Shown here piece after piece: positions 23,801 through 36,599 of a stretch of DNA of 64,000 bases. Under the pieces are notes generated by a model that ran no database searches, had not been told where the DNA came from, and worked only from the letters and a program-made list of their open reading frames with translations. The number at the start of each line of letters is the position of its first letter. Position 1 is the stretch's first letter. Source of the stretch: Elsinoe ampelina (taxonomy: Eukaryota); the NCBI GenBank assembly GCA_010093995.1, contig ML992501.1:1018632-1082631 (forward strand), read 5' to 3'. Made by a program: the position numbers and the translations under genes.

Positions 23801-26800
23801 TAGGCATTCTCGTTTTTATTTAGTATTTAGAGTACTAGGTCTGTCTAGTTGGTTTACTTAGGATAGGTTCTCGATCTAGTAATCTAGAATTACTTATAAG
23901 GTAAGGTGCTCCTCTAGTTCCTATATTACTTTACTATACTAATGTCTCTTCTAGTAAATAAGATAGTAGCGTTTTTCTTTTATAAGTTTATAATGTAAAA
24001 CTCTTTTAATCTTATACTATAGCTCCTATGTTTCTTTATCTAGTTCGATAGATCCGGGTATAGTATTCTATAGTGCTTTCTCTAGTAGTAATATATAAAA
24101 GACTAGATAGATCCTTATATGTCTTAGTAGTTCTAGTTTGTATATGTTCTTATTTTTCTTTTCTAGAATCTTAAAGAGTCCTAGTTTAGTATAGTTAAGT
24201 TTCTTACTTAGTTGTTTCGTTTTAATGTTTTTACTAAGGAAGTAAACTTTCTCTCTCTTCTATAGAATTAGTCTTGCAATTCTCTTCTAGTTAGTAAATT
24301 CTACTATTCTTTGTAATATAAATGCTATATTATAGTATAGCTAGTTATGTAGTTTCTTAATATTAGCTACTAGTATATTAGCGTCCTTAGATATTAGCTT
24401 AATTCTAAGTATATTATAGTATAGATCTAGGTATATTCTATAGTTTACGTAGAATAGTAAAATTCTATTTACTAACTTTCTATTGTTAATAGCGAGCTCT
24501 ACAAGTAGTAATAGTATCGCCTATAAGTCTTACTTATAGTTTAGGTAGCATTATAGGTACTACTCTAGTACTTAATTTACCTATTTAGTTTGTCTATCTA
24601 TTTATAGATAAAAGAAGGTTAATAGCTTATGTTTAACTCCTAGTAGGTCTATAAATAATTACTAGAATTGTAATATAAATAGCTTATTTCTATTAGTTAT
24701 TAAGTCTCGTAGTACTCTATGTTATAAAATAATTATTCGAAGGAAGGTAAAGACTATATCCTCGGTAGTTACTATTGTCTTATATAGTACAAAGTAGTAA
24801 TACTTTATAAACCTATCTACTAGAACTAGAATACTATTATACTTTATACCTATAAGAGGTTCTTCTAATAGTAGTAAAGGTTCTATAAAGTCTATCGTAA
24901 CTAATTACTATAGTTTATCTAGTAGTAGCAAGAGTTATAATAAGCTATATAGCTTATGTCGTAAGTACTTAGACTTATAGTATATATTACATGTAGTAAT
25001 ATATATCTTAATATCGTTTCGGAGTTCTTTCTATAGGTAGTTTTATGTAATAAGTTTAATAGTCTTATCGATCCTACTATACCCTACTATTAGGTTATTA
25101 TAGTACATTTAAATAACTTCTTTCTTCTATTCTTATATAAGCTCCTAGGTAAGGCTATATAACTACTTTACCTTTAGGTGCTTATAGACTAGAGCGCTGT
25201 CTTACTACTTTAGTATAGAGGCCTCTATTATTGTTATATTCTTTAAGTAATCTAGTTGTTAGCTAAGAGCGTCTACTCTACTATTCTCTAATCCCTTAAT
25301 ATAGTAGATCTAAAAGTTATAGCTTGTAAGTGTTTCTAACTATCGAACCTATTATCTATTAAGAACCTTAGTTGTTATTTAATATAATAGGTTCTTATAG
25401 TCGGTATAGACTTATATAGGTAAGGTTGTTTCTTCTAGGTATACTCTCTATTTGCGAAATACCTCTATAATTATAAGTAACTCTTTATTATATATATCGT
25501 AGTTAAGTTTAGGTCTAGTTATTTTTCGTAAGTAGTATATAATTAAGTAGTATTATTCTTCCGCGTCCTTCTATACTAGATACGCTTCTATTATAAAGTC
25601 TAAGGCATCTATTTCTAGTAGTGCTTATTAGTCTAGGTCGAAGAGTGCTAGGATAGGTACTATTATAAGTCTAAGCTTTAGCTTCTTAAAGGCCTACCTA
25701 CATTTCTTATTAAAGACAAATCTAGTTTCTTTCTTTATAAGGTTAGATATTAGTATAGCTACCTTAGAGAATCCTTTAACAAACTTACAGTAGTAGTTAA
25801 AGAACTCTAGTAGCGCTTAAACCTCTCTAACTATAGTAGGTTCTAGCTAGTTATTTACTAACTTAATCTTTTTTAAGTTAGGTCCGATGCTATTAGTAGA
25901 TATAATATAGTCTAGAAATTATATCTTATATTTATAAAACTTATACTTAGAGAGCTTTACTAGTAGGTCTTTTTCTTTTAGTTTCTATAGTACTTTATAA
26001 ATATGTCCTATATGTTTATTATATATCTTTAAGAAGATAATAATATTATCTAAATATACTAAGATAAAGTTGTTAAGGTATTCTTATAGAGTATTATTAA
26101 TTAACTCTTAGAAGGTTATAGGAGCGTTAGTTAACCTAAAGGGCATAATAAGGTACTTATATAGACTCTATTACGTCCTAAAAGCCGTCTTCTACTCCTT
26201 ACTCTCCTTTATTTATACTTAATAATAGGTATCCCTAATGTTAATTACGGTAAACTATTTAGCTCTAAGTAGTTAGTCTTAAAGTTTGTTAATCCTTAGT
26301 AGGGGATAGTAATTCTTCCTAGTAAGTGTATTAAGTTTCTAGTAATTAATATATATTTGTAATGTCTTATCCTTTTTAGGTATAAAAAGCACTCCGTGTA
26401 TAATAGGTAATTTTAATAGTTATATAAATCCTTTAAGTAAGTACTTATCGATATAGTCCTTAAGAACGTCCTTCTCTTATTTCGATAGTAGTATAAGACC
26501 TTAATAGTATATTAGAGATTTACTCTCTTTAAAGAGTATTTTATAATTCTATAGTTTATGTTAGAGTAAGGCTATAATACCTTCTCTTTCTTTAAATAAG
26601 TCCTTAAAGTCTTTATATTCCGGCGGAAGTGCTTAATTACTTACACTAGCGATAGCTCTAACTATTAGTTATACCTATACTGTCCTTATAGTTAGTATCC
26701 GTAGAGCTAATTATGCTCTCTATATTCTATAATTACACTTAGGGAATTTAAGTGTTTCTTTAATCTAGTCTATGTCTAGATTATGTTATTAAAGCTAGTC

Positions 26801-29264
26801 TATACTAAGTACTATATTATACTATATATCTACTATATCGATTAATTGTTTTTCTATATATATTTTAATTTTAATTATAACATTTTATAGTTCCTAAGTA
26901 ACTTTCCTATCCTTCCCTATAGAGGTTCTATCCGCTATAGTAAGTAGGTAAGGTAACTTCTTCTAGTGTTAATAAGGTTTAAGCTAATTAGTAACTATTA
27001 TAGAGACGTAGCTATAGTTAGCTCCTGAATCTATTATTGCTCTTACCTTACTCTCTTATATTTCGACTTTTAGTATAAAGTAGTTTAACGTATAGATCTT
27101 TATTATATTAAGGCTTTAGCTAGTGTTATTGTCTTACCTTATTAGGCAACAACTAGCTAGTTTTTTGTTATTATAGCTCCTTAGATAAGTAGCTAATTCC
27201 TTCCTATACGTATCTACTATTAGTACTATATCTATTAGGCAAGTTATGTTTTGTTACTATTTAATATAGTAAGGTAAACTTCTAGCGCCTAAGTCCCTTA
27301 GTAACTATAAAGTCTAATAATTCCTTACTAGTTGTACTAAGTAGTATTATACACCTATATTAGTATAACTATTCCTTCCGGGTATAGCTAGGCATTAGTA
27401 TTAAAGACAAAAATAAGTTATATAGATTCGTCTTATAGTGTCCTATTCTAGTAGTAGATGTATATTATTATATAATTCCTCTATATCCCTATAAGGTATA
27501 CTTTAAGTTGTCTACCTAGTAGTAGTACGTCGTTATTGTCGTTGTTGTTATTAAATAAGTTCTTATCTATGTTGTTATATTATAGTTGTTCGGTGTATTC
27601 TTCGTTATATTCCTCTTTATCGCTACTGCCCCTAGTATAGTTATAGTTAGTAAGGCTATACTAAGTATATTCTCTTACTTAGCTATAGGGGATAGTACTA
27701 CCTATTTCGATTATTAAGAAGTCCGTAGTGTATTTAAGACTAATAGTGTCTTCTCTAAGTACGTTATATAAGTAGATAGTATAGTACTATTTATAATCTA
27801 GATTTGTATATTTCTAGAGTAATATATAATATACCTTTCCTTATAGTACGCTATAAGGGCTAAAGGTAAGACTACTATATTATTATATAGTACTTGTATT
27901 CTAATACTTTGTCTTAATAATTGTATATTAGTAATTGTCGCTAACTACCTTCTAAGGTTAGTTACTATTACTACTAATTATAGAGAGCCCTTCTAGGTCG
28001 GGTTTCTAGTCTAGCTATTTCGTTAGTTACCTACGCTTAGATAGCTTATATAGGAACTAACTAGATCTCTGCTTGTCTAATAAGTAAATATAATAAGAGT
28101 TATTATAATATACTATCTATAATAGCGTTATATATTAGCTTTGTTGTTTACTATCGGTCGTAGAGATATTAAGTATAACATCTAGAGAAGATTCTACTAC
28201 CTCTCGAGTTATCGTAGACTTCTTCTATATTTCCTTACCTACGCTAAAGATCGTTAGGTCTTCTATAGTAGTGTTAGCCTTTTTCTCTACTAGCCCGGCA
28301 ACTATTATATATAATCTATTAGCTAGTGCCTCTTGTCGGTAGTCCCTAGCCCGATGTCTAGGTCTTTTATACTTAAAATATAAATTGTCTTATCTATACT
28401 TCTCTCTCTCTTTTCTACTAAGGAACTTTCCTCTACGGCTATAGCCTCGTACCTATAAGAGGCAGCCTTTGCATATAGTATTAAGTTCTATAGAGTCTCT
28501 ATAGTTTCGAGAGAAACGCGTATATCTAGTGTTTACCTTATATCCTCTATAACGTTCTATATGTCGTTTATAAAGTCTATTATTAATAACAATTGTAGTA
28601 TCTACTAGTTCCTAAAGGCTATTAGGTAGCTCGGGTATTATTTAGTCTTTAACTAAGTTACTTAGTCCTTAATAAAATACTAAATGTTTAGCACTATTAT
28701 CCTAATCTAGATATATTACAAGCTATTAGAACTAGGAATAGTACTAGGCTATAGACCTACGTTGTTATAGTTATTAAATCTTTGTTATAGTAATACATTC
28801 CTTATTAGATACGTTAAAGACTTACTTAATCTTTGCCTAGAAGATACTAAAGCTCTTAAAGATAGCCTTTATATCTAGGCCTAGTTATCTATCTAGGTAG
28901 CTACTTATATAAGGCTCGAACTACCCGAAGGTAGCGCCTTTAAGGTATATCCTAGTATAGAGGACCTTTACTACGTCGTTAGCGTACTTATCTCTCTCTA
29001 GGGTAAAGAAGGCTTTAAGTTAAATAAGGAAGTGCCTTAAGTAGGCGTAGTCCCTATAGAAGAGTTCTACTTCTAACTTAGGCTTACTCTGTCCTTCTAT
29101 ACTAAAAGACCTTCTATGTTTACCCGAGATTAAACTAGTAGTAGACATGTCGTTAATAGTAAGCTTTCCTAGCTTACTAGCAATTAAAGATACTAATAGT
29201 AACTTAGAGCAAGAGTTACTTATTAACCTCGTAGCATACTATACTATAGTAAGGGTAGTTAAAA

Positions 29265-29727
29265 TGTTACGAACTGTCTAAATATAGCCTATACTAGTAG
29301 TCTAAGCTAAGCTAAGAACAAGGTAGTTCTACTTCTATAGTAGTATAGTACTAAGGTAAGAGTTAAAGAAGGTATATCTTATAGATAATAAAGTACAATT
29401 AGATAGTATTATAAAGGCTAGCCTTAGTAATACTAGTGTTTGCTATCTAGACGAGGTTAACTATAGTACTTACATAAGGTAAGGACTACTCCTATATATA
29501 TATGTTCTTTACTATGTACTTTATATACTCTATGTACTTCGTAGCGAAAGTCGGGGACAATATAGAGTATACGTCCGCTAGTAACCTACGTGCTCTATAG
29601 TCCCTAGAGTAGAGCCGCTAGAGAAGATAGAGAACTAAGTAAACGTCGGGCTAGGTTACGTAATAACCTTAGTAGTTTAATTAGTCCTAACATCCCTACG
29701 CTTTAGCTATCCTACTAGTTCGTAACA
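29265..29727 (-). repeat. 5' LTR of the Gypsy element
   Basis: Direct repeat of 22704-23166; perfect 10-bp inverted termini. Confidence 0.92.
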
Positions 29728-29837
29728 CTAAATTATTACTACCTAGAAGGTATAAGGCCTTCTTATAATAGCTATTCCTCGAGTTAGTAGTCTACTAACT
29801 AGCTATAATAGCCTTATAGCTATTTAGTAAAGGGGTA

Positions 29838-30097
29838 TATTAACTAAGGTATAAGCTAAAGCGCTAAGAAGGACCCTAATTTAGTTTATCCCCTAGTAGA
29901 ACTAAATACTTATCTACTACTCTACTAATTTATAATCAAATTAGATAGTTATTGTCTTAATCTGCTACTATTAAGGAGTTCTTTTGATTTAGCTATCTTT
30001 TAGTACACTAGGTTAAGTATTTATGTAGTTACAATCTACCTCATTTTGGTGGTTTAGGCAGTAATTAATCCTTTTTCCTCCCCCACACAAGTCAACA
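29838..30097 (+). repeat. 3' LTR, copia family 1
   Basis: Direct repeat of 19523-19782; ends GTCAACA followed by the TSD. Confidence 0.92.
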
Positions 30098-30368
30098 TTC
30101 AGCTCCGCAACCGAATGCGGCCGCGCGAAGCTTCATCATTCCATCTGCACTGTATAGGAAGAGCCATCTCGTGTTGACCCAACTGAATGCTTCATTGCTA
30201 ATCTGATTGTGTGTTGTGTGGAGTAATCACTCGCAGTCGCCTACGCTAAGCGGATTGTTGCCTAAGCGCCACGACACGCCGCAAGAGATGTCACGAGCAT
30301 AAATATCGCATCCCCATAGCTTCGCACCAACTCACGCAGAAGCTACAACCGATACGCCAACGTCGAAT

Positions 30369-31715
30369 ATGGTGTCCACGATGGCTCAAGCCCCTTGTCC
30401 ACTGTTCGACTTACCTCCCGAGCTTCGAGTCCAGATATTCAAGCTGGTCCTGACACCAACACTATCGACAACAAAACGGTATCCACGATCAAGCATATGG
30501 AATCGTCCAGGCCAGGATCGTCCACTGGAGCCAGGTAGTACTGCTCTACTTCGAACTTGCCGACGAATCTATGACGAAGCAAAGGAATTCCTGTTTCAAA
30601 CCTCTTTGACTTTTTACCTCACGTCGCTGGCTCGGAGACCTGCCCGTTCTCGCAATCCACATGCCGTGGAGCGCTGGAAAGTATCTCATCCAGTCAGCGC
30701 TCATCTTGAGGTATTCGCTCAGCTCTACATTCTCGAGAACACAACTGCTCTGCAGGACATCCTGGATTTACCGCCACTGCAGATACGCTCGGTCTCTATC
30801 ACCATTCGTCACACGGATTGGTGGTTTTGGGAGCATGATGCACCGTTAAAGCTGCATTCGGGCTGGTCACAAGATTCACACTTCCCTGATACAATCACCG
30901 AATTTACAATGCATCTTGAGACAGTCTCACGCAAAAAGAATGAGGTACTACTTGTGGCCGATGAACTTGGTAGATGGATATTTGGAAGAAAAGACTCCAA
31001 ACTCCTCCACTGGCTAGGTAAAGACGATGGTCTGACAGAACGAACATGGACTGGTAATTCTACTCTCAATGCACAGCGCTGGCTCAGAGACGAAACTAGG
31101 CCGGAGCAGATCGATTACACAATCATCTCATTGACTTGGGGACTATCAAATTCCGACAGTGGCATCTCCAGTGAGCGGTTTCAGAATCTTGTCATTGATC
31201 CACTTGCATCTCGGAATCCCATATCTCACATCACGCCAGAGGAGAATGGTGACGCAGTATGCGTGGACGAACTAAAGGCAGCCAACGTCCCCAAAGGGAC
31301 AGACAAGGACAAGACGCTGGAGCTTTGCAGGGAATATCGTCAACGCAATTCGCTGTCCTTCATACATCATGCCAGTCACTACGAGCGGGATGTGGCTGGT
31401 CGAGACGACGACGAAAACACTGCCAGTGTGGTGGACGAGACTGAAGATCGCGACGACGATGATGGGGAGGTGTTCTTTGAGGAGAGTCATGATGGAAAGT
31501 ACGGGGGACAGAACACGTTCTATGGTATCATTTACGGCAAACAGCACTTCAGTCACTACCTGGACTTGATGCAGACAGATTGCCAGGCTGCGGAGTTGTA
31601 TTTGCGAACGCTACCTTGCGAGTGCTTCGACGAACAAGGCCATTCGCTACTGTCGGATCGGCACTCTGGAACAGATCCTGAATCAGGTGCAGGATACGGC
31701 GAGTCTGCGTTGTGA
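30369..31715 (+). CDS. Hypothetical protein with N-terminal F-box-like motif
   Basis: 448 aa ORF; CPLFDLPPELRVQIF and ALLRTCRRIYDEA are typical of fungal F-box-like proteins; conserved-looking TIRHTDWWFWE block; acidic tail. Confidence 0.75.
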   Translation: MVSTMAQAPCPLFDLPPELRVQIFKLVLTPTLSTTKRYPRSSIWNRPGQDRPLEPGSTALLRTCRRIYDEAKEFLFQTSLTFYLTSLARRPARSRNPHAVERWKVSHPVSAHLEVFAQLYILENTTALQDILDLPPLQIRSVSITIRHTDWWFWEHDAPLKLHSGWSQDSHFPDTITEFTMHLETVSRKKNEVLLVADELGRWIFGRKDSKLLHWLGKDDGLTERTWTGNSTLNAQRWLRDETRPEQIDYTIISLTWGLSNSDSGISSERFQNLVIDPLASRNPISHITPEENGDAVCVDELKAANVPKGTDKDKTLELCREYRQRNSLSFIHHASHYERDVAGRDDDENTASVVDETEDRDDDDGEVFFEESHDGKYGGQNTFYGIIYGKQHFSHYLDLMQTDCQAAELYLRTLPCECFDEQGHSLLSDRHSGTDPESGAGYGESAL

Positions 31716-32380
31716 GTTCTCATCACATTGCGCAGTACAAAGTCAGCATCTAGGTGTTGATCCCCCGCCGACCGGAATCACATGGTCTGAAGCGGGAGGC
31801 AAACCCTACCGCGCGGCTTGGTCCCTCTGGAACGCTTGTCCGAGCTTCGAGAACCTGAATCGCACATGCGACCTTCCGTATCATCACAACCGTTGTCAAT
31901 TCACTCCTGCGAGTTCTGTAATCACAGAGATGATTGCGGATGCTTATGATCTTCACACAGCGTGGGAAGCTCGCTCGGTGGCGGCTGCCAGCAGCAGCTT
32001 CGATCTCCCGCCGACTGCCACATCACAAATTTGCCTCACTTCGACCGGTGTGACAAACGAGTCTGCATCTGGCCATTGGACTATCCCTCCTGCAGGTATC
32101 GTCGCCCTATTTCTCGCTGCGCGCGCGCGATGGAGCTGGCCTGCTCCAATTCATGTTATCACGCGGATTCCTCCATGCGCAAATACGGCGGTGTTTGCTA
32201 CAAATGGAAACACCTCACAAACGATGGATGACACCTTGACAAAAGGTAAGATCTGTTTGTACAGCTGCAAAGTGCCAGAGGTTTGCTTCAACTCAAAGCG
32301 CCTGTGACTTCTGGCCGTGTTTATAATCCGGAATCTCCTCGCCGGTGTCAAGATAGTCCTCTCTGTATCTTCAGGAAAAC

Positions 32381-35262
32381 ATGATGGCTATGTCAGAGGA
32401 TATCTGGTCGACTCCTGGCAGCGATGGCCAGAATCGAGCAACAGAAGATGTGTGGCTTCCCCCTTTGGTCAGGGACGACTGTGGCTCACGACAGCCTTCA
32501 TGCTGGCAAGCATGGTCCCCACCTCGTGGACGCGTTTCGGCATCAACGCCAGGTTCGATGCGCATTTCTTCGCCTCCGACACTTGTGGTGTCCAAATTGA
32601 AGAAACGAAAGGCTCGCGTCCATAATACTACTCGAAACCCAGTTGGTGCAGCTAGTATACCTGCAGTCCTCTCCAGGGCCTGGCGAGCCCGTGGCCCATT
32701 GAGTACACACCACGCTAAAAACATACTCCTTGCATCTCGCGGTGGACAAAGTGAATGCCCAATCTACCACGGTCAAGCTGTTTTCAGCCGGTCAACTCGG
32801 CGATCGGCTGCCTTTCAGGCCGACAGGTCGACTTCGCAATGGTCTGCACCACGGAATGTAACTTGGACACCGGATGCAAGGGACAGTCCTTCACAACAGT
32901 CATCCACGGAATGGGCTGGGGAAAGCCATGCAAGGAATGAGTCTGCCAGGAATGATGCGCAAACGACGGGTCAAGCTTTGTCTGATTCTCTCCCCAATGT
33001 TCTTATTACCGGAAGCGGAGAAGTCGATCCTGCACATCGCTGTCAGGCCGACAAGTCTTATCATAATACTCCGCCCACGGAGGTGCAGACTCATCGAAAA
33101 GACATCAGTGAAGCCCGGAAAAACTTCAAATCACGACCAGTTGCACCATCAACGGGCAAGACCACGCAAGAAATGGACCACTTACCAGCTACGTCTTCTC
33201 CAACTCATCAGCAGACCAGGCCTGCAATCGACCGACTCTCTTTGGTACCAGTTGGTCAAAAGCTGTCAGATTGTATCTCAGACACACAGGAGAACACCCA
33301 CCGCAAGCCTCTAATCGACCCCACCGAGCTTCGAGCTTTTGCCCACCTCCTAGTAACACAGATCCAACAGGCTCTGCAATCCAGTTCTGGACAATCGATC
33401 CTGGCATTACTTACCTCGCTAGACGTTGGACTTTTCCGGATTGCTGGGTCCGACATGATTTGCCCGAGAATCCCCACTTGTCTGAATTCACAGAACGCTG
33501 GTAGAACCGAAAGGCAGGAGCTTCAGCACTATTGCATGGAAAAGAAGGCACCACTCGAAGATGCATTGCAATGGGCTATGAGTCTGCTTTTGGTGGAGCT
33601 AGCAGTCTACGCCCCTTCTGGCCCACAGGGAGTCAGGTTGTTTCGTCAGAGGTGGTATTCCGCTGTGAAAGATCATCGAGACGACGACAAGAAGGTCAGG
33701 TTCGAACGAGCCATGTTCATGGCCAACAGTGTTGCTGGCAAGGGTGCAGATGAACAGATCTTGGCAATGGTACACTCAATCGCGGCATGCTCGACGCTTC
33801 AAGCAGGTCTTGAGAAGTCTTTGGCCCTCTCGGTATGTCCTCGATCCTCCGGTATTACTGATCTAATGTGCGCACAGGAAAATGTTGCCATTCGTTGGGG
33901 TGGTGCACGAGTGATCACCTTCGAGTTGGTGCACCGCCGACACACGTATGCGGACGATGTGAAGTTGGGAGTGGAGCATATTTTGGGGGGGGCGGTGAAT
34001 TGGTGGCCATTGGCAGATCCTCCCAGGCTTCCAGAGCCATTCGTCATGCAGCTGCAGTGGAAGGTGAGTTGCCTAGTGACTTTCTGTCTTTCTATGCTGA
34101 ATTGTGTAGCGTGGGTCTAAGACTCTCTCTCTGGACCTCCCTCGCTCGCAGGGGGAGTCGATTCGTGAAGCGTTTCAACCTTTGGTCGATGCGATCAAGA
34201 CAGCCGAGATTCTGGATCACGATCGGTGGGATCTCCGTCAAGATGGAGTGAGCATGGATTCGGATGACGGGCGTCCTGTAAGTATCGCGATGTGCGGAAA
34301 GACTTGTGGACCTTGGGGCTTACATTGAAACGCAGAATGTGGTGCCACAGGCAGCTTTGGTCCCCACTTCTACGGCCTCATCCAACGGATCCGCGATTGA
34401 TCCGGACCTGGTAAGCCGCCCTGTATTGTTAGTGAGAGGAGCAGAAGCGCCCAACCGTCCCGAAGACTCAGGCACAACAAGGGTTCGATCTCAGCAGACA
34501 GCACAGCAGATCGAAAATAACGGATCCACGCAACAATTTGCTACAAGACGTCGAGGGCGGATTTACTGGTGCGTTGGCACTTCGATGGGGCGACAAATAT
34601 CGATCCAAAGAGTGGATATCGCCACCCACGGCCTCGATGACTCCGCCCTGTTCCGGCGTCTCAAGAAAGAGTATGTCAACGTCAAAGGCCAGGTGAAAAG
34701 TCTTCTCTCCTTGAAGAGCTTGAGTAACGTTGAGTTTATCATGGTAAGTACTCGCCCTCTTTGCTTCCAGCTTGCAAATAACTGACCGTGCCAGTTCGGA
34801 TCAAGTGACAGATTGCCACATGAAGCCATTCCCATCAAACGAGAGCTTCCCTGCCCATGCAGACCCTCTTGCGATCACAAATATGAGTTTAGCCAATGTG
34901 GCAGTGGGGATACTCACCAGATCCTCGCAGCGAGAGATATCATGGACGGCTTGAGCCACCCAGATCGTACTCACAATGCCGTTCGAACGTTGTCGGAGAT
35001 ACCACAAGATTTAGCACAGACCAAGTTCGGGAGGGGTGTGCTGGGATGGGGAATTCTTGCTATCGAAACCATGGACGTATGGAAGTGTTCTGTGGTCGTG
35101 GTGCTTACTATTATCATCGGCATCGTTTTTGCAGCTCTCTGGTTGGCGCTGGTGGATGGAAATGACGTACAGAGTGCGGTCACGGTGGCTGTCCTTCTGG
35201 TGGCTTTACTCAATCTCGGCTTCACGATGCCACAGTGTCTAACAGCCATGGCGAAGAGATAG
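32381..35262 (+). CDS. Uncharacterised protein with two C-terminal TM helices, paralog A; start uncertain; introns 33833-33877, 34064-34109, 34278-34335, 34744-34794
   Basis: ORFs join in frame through canonical introns; block-wise similarity and three shared intron positions with 37474-40767. Confidence 0.75.
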
Positions 35263-35592
35263 GCTTCTCTCGGCTGAAATACCTCATCACCAAGAAAACA
35301 TTCATAGTCACAGGAATGATCAGCCTTTGCTTTCTTTACTGCTCGATCATCAGTACTGCGAGCCATTGCTCAGCTTGAGTCTATTTCAATATCGATCGAT
35401 GAAGCGATTGAAAGCTAGTGATGCCATGGAGGGCTAAGTGCAAGGAGTGGCGAGCTGAGAGCATGTCGGCCGAGAAGGCGAAGGTCCGGAGCGAAGACTT
35501 TTGCGACATGATCTACGCATGTGGCTGCCAGGGTTGAAGCGAGACCTAATTCGATTGAAACTCAGCACCTATAGCCAGCAGTGGACACATTG

Positions 35593-36599
35593 TCATCCAC
35601 AAGTTCGTGCCAAGTCGTCCTGATCGATACGATGCCATAGCTTGACGTTCCTTCTGGTCCGATCGACAACATCTAGATCCTCTGATCCATGGACCGTGAG
35701 TCCATCCTTCACGAATCGATACCTCCGCATGCCCATACGGATGATCCCTCCGAAGAACCTTGCGAAGTTGACCACTACTTCACCCCACCTCTCGCATACA
35801 CCCCAAGCAACGTCTAGAGCCCAAAGTAGCTGTCTGGTACCTCTGCTAGACTCGACTCAGCTCTCCTCTGGCACATGAGCAGACGTTCTGTCCGTTTGGC
35901 GCTCGCTCTGGTGTTTCTAGAAGGAGGCGGCGTCATACATGGTATCTCCAATCTCGCTCAGCACCTCGAATTGCTCTTCACTGAACCAGGGGTCGTCCAG
36001 ATCATTGCACACCAAAGCGGCTGCAATCGTCCAACTTGCCGGGGCATCCGCATCTTTCGACTGGAACCATTGCCTGGGTTTATTGGCCACCGCGATGACG
36101 TATCTGGTGAATAATGCCTCTGATCTCTTTGCCGAAGCCTTGTGGGAGGTAATCAAGAGGAAAGACCTGAACTTCCTTGCCATGTCAGCATGACCGGCGG
36201 TACCAGCGAATAGATCGTGAAGGACTCCATCAAGATCGTAGCCGAGCACCGATGCCGGCACGGTAGTCAGATCGACCATCTCGCCCCGCGCCTCTGTGAT
36301 GATGCCAATGATGATGCATCGCATGAATGCCAGGTATCGAGTATGATTGGTGTGGGTAGGTATGACACAGCGAGCGTACTCCCATGCACAAGCTAGGGTC
36401 GCGCTTTGAAGGAGAGAGGAAGGTCGATATGATCGAGCTCGTGGGAGATGCTGGATGGGTAGAAGTAGATTTCTGGGCCAAGCTTGCCAGGTGAGGGCAG
36501 GGGCTGACTCGCAGATTTCGGTGGCGAGGCTGGAGGAGTGGTTGTTGTGGATTTCATAGAAGAATTGTTTCTAGCAGAAGATTCGGAGGAGGTCGACAT
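35593..36599 (-). pseudogene. ABA3: Pseudogene of an ABA3-like (alpha-ionylideneethane synthase-type) non-canonical sesquiterpene synthase
   Basis: LACAWEYARCVIP, RYLAFMR, LGYDL, PRQWF, CNDLDDPWF, EIGDTMYDA..F*KH, LWALDVAW, RFFGG...RRYRFV, NVKLWHR match the BcAba3 family as recalled. Frameshift near 36400; stops at 35917-19 and 35857-59; truncated C-terminus. Confidence 0.85.

Larger units (their letters stand above)
22704..29727 (-). mobile_element. RIP-degraded Ty3/gypsy chromovirus, about 7.0 kb, both LTRs present
   Basis: 463-bp LTRs with TGT(C/T)ACGAAC...GTTCGTAACA ends; PPT at 23167-23181 (minus). De-RIPed minus-strand motifs in PR-RT-RH-IN-CHD order: IDSGA (about 27020-27050), VYLDDIII (about 26035-26070), chromodomain YYLIHWKG...TWEPEEHL (about 23905-23970). 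Confidence 0.92.
19523..30097 (+). mobile_element. RIP-degraded Ty1/copia element (family 1) with both LTRs, 5-bp TSD and a nested Gypsy element; RT region not seen
   Basis: TSD TTCAG at 19518-19522 and 30098-30102; 260-bp LTRs; PBS-like GTTATAAGCC at 19783; purine tract before 29838; de-RIPed WILDSGATDHICN near 20985-21025; integrase-like sequence up to the gap. Confidence 0.92.

Noticed and set aside
2153..30097. Two inverted copia family-1 copies bracketing the 15-kb SUP35 gene island as a composite mobile unit or inversion
   Set aside because: The right copy has its own matching TTCAG TSD and the left copy is flanked by GTGCA, so these are independent insertions; the island holds core genes.
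31687..32307. 206-aa ORF between the F-box-like gene and paralog A
   Set aside because: Non-ATG start, overlaps the previous stop, no motif; may hide an upstream exon of paralog A but this cannot be supported.
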